The translations under genes and the position numbers were made by a program. DNA of 63,092 bases, the filler included, from Kipferlia bialata (lineage: Eukaryota), in the NCBI GenBank assembly GCA_003568945.1. It is 4 parts of 4 records of this genome, joined end to end, with 100 filler letters (N's around TTAATTAATTAA, not from the genome) between each part and the next. Parts side by side here need not be neighbours in the genome. Positions count along the whole stretch, not along the records: positions 38,586 to 57,756 come from BDIP01000441.1; positions 57,857 to 63,092 come from BDIP01000494.1; 2 more parts are not named here. One strand, 5' to 3'. Shown here one piece after another: positions 55,701 through 63,092 of the stretch. Position 1 is the stretch's first letter, and every line of letters starts with the position of its first letter. The notes below the pieces were generated by a model that saw only the letters and a program-made list of their open reading frames with translations, made no database searches and was not told the origin of the DNA.

Positions 55701-56723
55701 TGAGGCCATATAAGGGGATAATGTATTCTATTAATAATACACTTATGGTTATATAGAATTACACTCAGTCTACATCACTGCCTATACTATATGTATATGC
55801 TTATATACGACCAAGTGTACCACCCCCCACCTGAGTGCCGTCTGGCAGTGCATATATATACTATGATTATGGATATACTATATCTGTGCATACATATGCT
55901 ATACACCATACCACCCCATACCTGAGTGCCGTCTGGCAGTGTATATATTACATCTATGGATACTATGGATACACAACACATATATATATACATTTACTGG
56001 TTCTAGCCCTACCTGAGTGCCGTCTGGCAGGGTGTACACTGCACTGTTGTAGCTGGGGGTGAGGACGGGTGAATGACTAAAAGTACAGTGGCATAGAGGT
56101 ATAGTTGGATACACAATTCCATGTGGTGCAGAATCATTGTATCTATTGACCACTCACTTGCATGTCCAGTCACTGAGAAGCAGTATGTGTAATCATACGA
56201 ATATTTACTATATATATATACAATTTAATATATACACATATACGCATACATATATATACTCACTTGTACGTCCAGTCACTGTCTGCTGACACCATGTATG
56301 GGGTGGTGGACACACGGGAGGCCATCGAGACATGGGAGTGAGACATACACAAAGTGTATACACTATGTATAGACAATGTATATACTTAGTATCATATTGA
56401 GATACACTTCATATTCTCTGTCCATACCTCGTACGTGACTGCCCCAGGTCTAGTTCCCATGACAACTAGACCAAGGAGGACAAGCAGAGAGGCACCTGGG
56501 GGGAGATTTGTACGCCATGATATACCATATATATATATATATGTATGGCCATGTATGGAGAGAGAGTGAGAGAGAGAGAAAGAGAAAGAGAAAGAGAAAG
56601 AGAGAGAGAGAGAGCGAGAGAGAGAGAGTAAGACCACATACCGACTGCCACTATAAAGACTGCGTAGTGCCTCTTGATGTATCCCATCACAGACTGGTCC
56701 TTGTGGGAGGACGGGTCCATCAT
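51726..56723 (-). CDS. Glycoside hydrolase family 130 (five-bladed beta-propeller, beta-mannoside active) with an N-terminal membrane anchor
   Basis: Spliced translation: MMDPSS...YAVFIVAVGASLLVLLGLVVMG (TM), WTYNYNSA, GAEDPRIWQDETTGAYYMYYTAV, LALATSLDGETWEQRG, WSKSGA, LLWGDSSISIATTED, PRPGMFDDHLCESGPPPMRLSDGNWFFLYNSA, YNLGWAVL, TPNVVFVEG, LVYQGCD. TAA at 51726-51728. The start codon is tentative. Confidence 0.85.
53585..53594 (-). promoter_or_regulatory. Representative 3' splice site with fused branch point (CTGACCCCAG)
   Basis: Plus-strand ctggggtcag. The related forms ctggg(g)gtcag, ctggg(g)gtgag and ctagg(g)gttag precede most minus-strand exons in the window, and ctcacccccag / taaccccag / ctgaccccag precede plus-strand exons. 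Confidence 0.8.
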
Positions 56724-56805
56724 GTACTGATGAGTCAGGTATGTATGTATAGAGTAGATGTATAAGTATATATATATACATTTATAGAGAGAGAATGAGA
56801 CAGAG

Positions 56806-56844
<39 letters not shown>

Positions 56845-57468
56845 TCCTTACTCATATAGTGAGAGGGGTCCATCACGGTGATGGGGAGAACACCAGCAAT
56901 GTGTGTATTGGTAGGCAAATATATATATGAGAGAGGGGGGGGGGAGATACTAAGCTAATGATATGGAGGTGCAAAAGAGAGTGGTGCATGTGTGGAAGAG
57001 AGAACCCATGCAACATATGCTTCATAAGGCATACCATCACTCCATTGACCAGAGGGAACTGTCTCTGCAATACACATATAGCACCAACGCCAACACATCA
57101 TAGACTGAGAGACAAGTAACCAGATAGGACGCATATGGTATAGCTATTCTTGCAGTTTCCTGGTTGTATGATAGGGAGAGAGAGTAGTACTCAATCAACG
57201 TTAGGTGATTCCAAACATTAGTGACCTTCCATAGCACTACTCAGCACATAAACACACATATATATATAATGTATGCATGCATGTACTCAGCATATACATG
57301 CCCCCACCTGCGTGACGTCGGGGTGTGTCATACCAGAGCACACAAGGTGAAAAGGACATCAATACGTAGAAGTCGAGATCGGTGTGCGGGTTTATGATCT
57401 AGGGTCCAAAAGTACATCTAACTCTCTTGACTACTTTTCTTCTCACATTCAGTTTCTCTATTGACGCC

Positions 57469-57592
57469 ATGGCGTCCCACTTCCTCACCTCCTACATACC
57501 TGGGACCCTCTGGCAGGAGAGGTATGGGACTGTGGAGGAGTTGGTACAGGCAGTGGCAAGGGGGGCAGGGGGAAGATGGGCCAGAAAGGAAG
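57469..57592 (+). CDS. Probable first exon of an unknown gene, divergent from the GH130 gene and cut by the contig end
   Basis: gccATGG context, reads MASHFLTSYIPGTLWQERYGTVEELVQAVARGAGGRWARKE, followed by a gtatg donor; exon-like GC content. Confidence 0.45.
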
Positions 57593-57708
57593 GTATGCAT
57601 ATGGATATGTACGGAAAGATATGTGTCTTTGCCTATGTATATTTCATTGACGTAGAGGGGATATACAGGGAAACACGGGCCAGAATCACAGGATTACATG
57701 TATGTATC

Positions 57709-57756
<48 letters not shown>

Positions 57757-57856
57757 NNNNNNNNNNNNNNNNNNNNNNNNNNNNNNNNNNNNNNNNNNNN
57801 TTAATTAATTAANNNNNNNNNNNNNNNNNNNNNNNNNNNNNNNNNNNNNNNNNNNN
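57757..57856. other. Artificial contig-join spacer
   Basis: N run, TTAATTAATTAA, N run; 100 nt. Confidence 0.97.
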
Positions 57857-57905
57857 TATATTCTATGTATATGGCATGCCCCCCCCCCCCCCCCCCTCAC
57901 CCCAG

Positions 57906-59226
57906 GGTTGCATCCCCCTCCTTGGATACTGTCTGGGCCAGCACATGCCACACAGGATGACAAGGGTAAGGGTGCTGTCTCTCTCTCTCTCTCTCTTGCA
58001 CTCATCCCCTATTTGTCACTATGCACATATAGTTGTTACTCTGTCTCCCACTGACTGTCAGGCCACCAAGTACGTCGCCCTCTCCGCCCTGACCTTTGCC
58101 CTCGTATGCACCGCACTCTGCCAGGTAAACGATATTTATATATGCATGGATATATATATATATATGCACCGCACTCTGCCAGGTATCCCTCGCTCTCTCA
58201 AGTTCTTTCTCTTAGGGGTGGTTCCTCTCAATACTGATATCGAGCAACAACTCGTGTTGGCACTACATCCACTCACCTCCAGACATTCCCGGCCTACCTC
58301 GCGTCCATATTCTCGGATGACCAGGTACACCCAGTATCTATGTATGTATACACCCAGATGTATTGATTGATAATGGATATACTGGTGCTGATTACTTGGA
58401 TGACCAGGTGCCACCCCACCATAGCAATATTGGGGTCTTTCTCTCTGTACCTGCTCTACTCACTGTGTCTTTGCAAGTGATAACGTATTTGCCTCACCCC
58501 AGGCTGTGGTTGACACAGCTGTCACTCAGATCCACCATATATTTGCTTTCACATGGCTGCAGTCCATCACATTCATAGCAGGGGCCGTCACACAGGTGGG
58601 TGTTTGTACGGGTATTGTGCGGCGGCTGTCCATGACACACATGTATGTGTATGTCTATGTTCCTCAGCTGTGATATACCACAGATTGTCTCTGTGCCTCC
58701 ATGTCTCTCTTATCTCACCCTATCCCCTCTACCCCCTCATTCCCAGGTCTCCAGACACATCCGTGCCAACCTCGTCTCCAACATGGCCAAGCCCGTGTGT
58801 CTGCTCACATTCATCCTCCTGCTGCCCACATTCAGAGGCGTCAGTGGTACGTGGTACAGTGTATATGATACCACTTGTGTGTATATGCATATTCCAACTT
58901 CTACATCTAGTGTGTCATGGTTTCTGACCCCTCCCCTCACCCCCAGGAGTCTGGGAGGCCTACCTCGTGTCTGACATTCTGTCCAACTCAGCAGGTGAGA
59001 CTATGCATATCCAGTAGGGTATCCCATCGGGATGTGGGTGTTTCTTTCTATTCTCTCATGCTACTGTGCTCTTCTCCCTCTGACCCCAGGTATTGCTGTC
59101 TTCCTCAAGTTCTTCTTTACAATGAGGAGAGGAGACCTCCGTCTAGGTGAAGATATCACAAAGGATGGAGGAGAGACAGTGGATGAGGGAGAGGCAGAGG
59201 AGGATGGAGAGGCAGTGGATGTCTAG
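57906..59226 (+). CDS. MATE family transporter, C-terminal half (second paralog)
   Basis: Exons GCIPLLGYCLGQHMPHRMTR, ATKYVALSALTFALVCTALCQ, TFPAYLASIFSDDQ, AVVDTAVTQIHHIFAFTWLQSITFIAGAVTQ, ...LLTFILLLPTFRGVSGTW... and GIAVFLKFFF...EAVDV*. These fit the second MATE domain (G.xPI.GYN.G and P..L..IFS.D..V). Confidence 0.75.
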
Positions 59227-59546
59227 GTGTGGGGCCTGTCTGTCTAGGTGCCACCAGATTGTCACAGACCCCCCGGTGTCACCCTATATACTACTATAAC
59301 AACATCAACAACAGAGCAGAGAGTTTCTATAATATATGCTGTACCCCTTTCTATAGCATCTGCTCTGTACGACTTCAATAGATTGCGATCGGTGGTGATG
59401 GTCATTATGGTACTGGAAGAGTACTATTTAGCAGTCATCAGTTAACGGACACAATGCACAAATTCATAGCTTGTAGTGGATGAAATACACTATCGCAATG
59501 GCCACAAACTGAGTACAAGCAACCATGGTCCAATCTATGCAATCGG

Positions 59547-62500
59547 CTACTCCCTGCCCCTCTTCTTGCCAGTTGTGACATGCTGTCTGATGTCAGTCTG
59601 GGTCAGCCTCTGCCTGGGGTGTGCCTTTCTGGGGCTGGGGCTGGGTGCATCCCTGCTAGACTCCACCAGGGAGTTGTTGAGCCACGAGAAGACGTCGACC
59701 CCTGCCTTCTTGCCTAGATCCATGTTGAATGCGTCCTTGCATAGTACATGCACACGGGCAGGGAGGTAGTCGCCCTGGGGTTAGAGAATAGTGAGAGAAC
59801 ACCTCGTGTAGAGTATTGGGTGTTACAAAAGGGATGTGCAAGTGCGATACCTCCTTATCCCACTTGAGGTCACAGGGCAGCTTGGGGGTGCCGATGAAGT
59901 ACTGGGGGTGCACTATGTGTAAGGGAGGGAGATAGGGGGAGAGAGAGAGAGAGAGAGACTCCATGCCATGCACTATATTAAGATAGTAACCACATGCTAC
60001 GCACCCATCCCCTCCTCTCTCTCCTGACATGCTGTGCCCAGCATGACATCGTGTACCATGCTTTCATTCTTGTGGTCCATACCTGGGCGTGAGGGAGTGG
60101 GGGGTACATACCGATAGTACAGACAATACACAGATATACCGTACCCTGGTTGATCTCGTCGACCACTCTGAATGGGAACTCACACACACAGTGTGCAGCG
60201 GCAGACATGCACAGCGAGGAGACACTGTTCTCTCCCCCAGACCTGCCCACAGTGGAGGTCGCATCCTTCCTGATGTAAGGGCATGGGTATATATATACAT
60301 ATCTGTATCTAAATATACAGGGAGAGTGGAGTGTCGCATCCTTCCTGGGGGTCAGCAGGGGACACGTATGTACTTATGTAGGAGCACACAAACATATATA
60401 TCCATATATATATGTATGTTACCTGAAGTTTGTCTCAAGTGACAGTCCTAGGTCTGTGAGGGTGAGCTCTGCGTGTCTGGCACTGTCCATCCAGGGGGGG
60501 AGGGGGACAACGCCAGCATCGACAGAGGGCTCGCAGTCCTAAGGTGAGACATGAGGGATACGAATAGAGATAAGGGTCAGAGCACTACACCATACCCTCA
60601 TCTCCTGCAGCGTGTCCTTGTTTGTCTTGTGCTCCAGGGCTATCCTCTCGAGGGCTGGCATGGAGGTGCCCTGGCCGAGGAACTGGGCCTGACACGGTGA
60701 GGGGGAGGAGGGGTATACGTATATCATCAATGTATATAACACATACTATATATGTATATACATACTGGCACTGATATGACCTTGGAACTGGGAGGGTGAG
60801 AGAGAGGGGAGGTATGTATATACAGAGACATATCCCTTGACATCACCGTACCTCGTTCATGAGCACCCTGCCTGTGACCTGGAACTGGCTCATCAGCAGG
60901 CCAAGGGACTTAGAGACCTGGGGGGTTAGCATTACATTACACATATATATACACATTCAAGGATACTCCAAATTCCCCCACCTTCTGGCATATGGGCTGT
61001 GCCCTTCTGTACCACTGCAGGAACTGCTCGATGAGGTTGGCCCTGCCCTCGTACTCCTCAGCTGCAGAGGCATAGAAGGTGGAGGCCTCGTCCTTGAACG
61101 ACTGCTCGATACTAGAGGGTCAGCAGGGGGGGGGGGGGTAGTATATGCTATAAATGAAGGAAGATAATACACCAATACCCGTACCCCTCGTATCTGACGA
61201 GGTCCTCTGCCCCCTCATTCCCTGTTGCCTCCAGGATACCCTTGAGTCTCACCACCTCTCTGTCCAGTCTGACGATGGGCAGGACCACACCCTCCCACTC
61301 ACCGGGCTTAGGCACAGTGGCAGGGTCGGACAGGTGGGCAAAGCCGGGCTCAAGCTGGGGGTCAGCACAATGAAATTACAAATATCAATACCAACAATAT
61401 AGAGTAGGCGTAGACTATAGTAGATACCTTGCACTCGTCGAGTATGGCCTGGTCCTGGAGACATGCATCGATTGCCTCCATGCCCTCATCCTCAGACCCA
61501 ACGGCCTTGTCGATGTACTTCAGCTGGGGGTCAGGGGAGAGGGAGGCATGGTATATGGGGTATGGTTGACATGTAGGGGATCCACGTCGGTATGATTAGA
61601 CACAGCATACCTTGACTTGCTGGATTGTCTTGAGGTTCCTGTCCACGTGTGTCTGTTCCGTCACTAACCGGTTGTGTCTCCTGCTCAGATCACGCCTGAG
61701 GTGAGAGAGGAAGAGCACTCACTCGATGACCAATACTCCATAGTCTCTCCGTACGTTCTGTCTGCTGCCTTTGTGTGCTCCCCCCTCTTCTCCCTGATGG
61801 GTGCGATGCCCTTGATATGGGATGAGAGCTGTCTAACAAGGGACAGACACTGCAGACGGCACTCGGGGAGGGCACCGGCCACAGTCCTGCCCTTCCGCTG
61901 GATCCAGTGTCTCTTGCGCTCAACCTCACCTCCCTCCTGCAAGGTGAGGGGTGGGGGGGGGGAGAGAGAGAGAGAGAGACAGAGAATCAGAGAGAGAGAG
62001 AGAGGGATGTACTGACTCTGAACACTTCACACCCACCTCGCTCTCCTCGTCATCATCGTCGTCCTGCCCTGCCTTGGCCTGGGCATGGTGGAGAGAGCGC
62101 TGAGGGTGAGATATGTACATACTGATAAGGGAGGCGGCAGTATTTGAAAGAAATGTCATGATGCGTATATGAACCGTGTTCCCCATACCTTTAGTGTGAC
62201 TGCCCTGTCCCTGCACCTCTTCTCGTGGTCTCTGACCTCTGATGCCTCCCGTCTGAACTGGGCATCCTCGTCCATCAGAGGGGTCAGGGAGGCATTGATG
62301 CGGTCAATGTCAGACTGGATCTCTGGGGGTCAGGCTTCATATACAACTCTCTTACTCTACAATATGTATATACATATAATCCATACCTGGCAGCCGTGAG
62401 TCAATCTCCTCTGGCTTGAACTGACCCCACCTGTTACCAGTGTGCAGGTGCATGGCAGACTGGGGGTGAGACAGAGCTCAAGGTACTATACCATACACAT

Positions 62501-63001
62501 GTATGTATACATAGTGACGGTGCCCCCCTAAGTGTATATAATCGTGTATTTGTATGCATTAGCCCACCTGACCCGCATAGTCCCCTGTGTGGGGGTGGAC
62601 AGAGATGGTGTATCTCTTGCGAGCGGTGAGGATGCACTGGAACCGGGGCTTACGGCTGTGGGTGAGTGAAGTATATGAACGCGTCGACATGCAGCGGAGA
62701 CTCCAGAGTATATTGGTACTAAAGTGGTGACGTACCAGTTGACCAGATAGTCCTCTGGCCTGAGTCTGAAGAGTAGCTCCACCACCTCCTGCTCTGTCCT
62801 AGGCTCATGGTCCAGCACAAGCATCACTCCCGCATTGGACCTGGGGTAAGGCAGAGAGGTATGTATATATACGTATATATATATCCACTGTACCTGTCGT
62901 CGAGTGCCTTCTTCACCATGGGGTCTCCGTCCACACAGTCCAGCACAGAGCCAACAACACCCATCTGTCTCAGCTGGTCGGGGACAGCACCGCCTCTCCA
63001 C
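59547..63001 (-). CDS. SMC5: Structural maintenance of chromosomes protein 5, C-terminal coiled coil and ABC-ATPase head
   Basis: RSGGENSVSSL (signature motif), FPFRVVDEINQG|MDHKNE (Walker B and D-loop in the SMC5-specific form PFRVVDEINQGMD) and QYFIGTPKLP. Charged coiled-coil exons lie upstream. TAG at 59547-59549. Confidence 0.9.
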
Positions 63002-63092
63002 CTGACAGTGAGTATGTATATAGCAATGATGGTACATACACATATACTAGCCTCCCCCCCCCCCCCCCCCCCCCGCGGCTGTTTTTTTTTAT

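Noticed and set aside
44771..59226. Two MATE genes as a local cluster
   Set aside because: They lie on different contigs separated by an artificial join.

Overview
This is eukaryotic, intron-dense protist DNA. It is four separate contigs joined by artificial 100-nt N/TTAATTAATTAA/N spacers at 19200-19299, 38486-38585 and 57757-57856. Introns rich in (TA)n and (GA)n, a branch point fused to the 3' splice site (CT[A/C/G]ACCCCCAG) and ERERER tracts in exons suggest a free-living metamonad such as Kipferlia (inference only). Manual splicing gives: two large alpha-solenoid-like hypothetical genes, a large RNF213/mysterin-like AAA+ gene fragment, the 3' end of a bacterial-type AhpD/CMD gene, a TM-PAS-phosphodiesterase whose metal ligands are substituted (probable pseudo-enzyme), two MATE transporters, a signal peptide plus RCC1-repeat fragment, a membrane-anchored GH130, and the 3' part of SMC5. 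The most striking unexplained structure is a pervasive set of 'exon echoes'. Partial exon copies sit inside the introns, with acceptor plus 5' half upstream of the one complete exon and 3' half plus donor downstream. In the arrays translated by hand, the copies differ from the complete exon mostly at synonymous positions. Gene models and exon edges were read by eye and are approximate.
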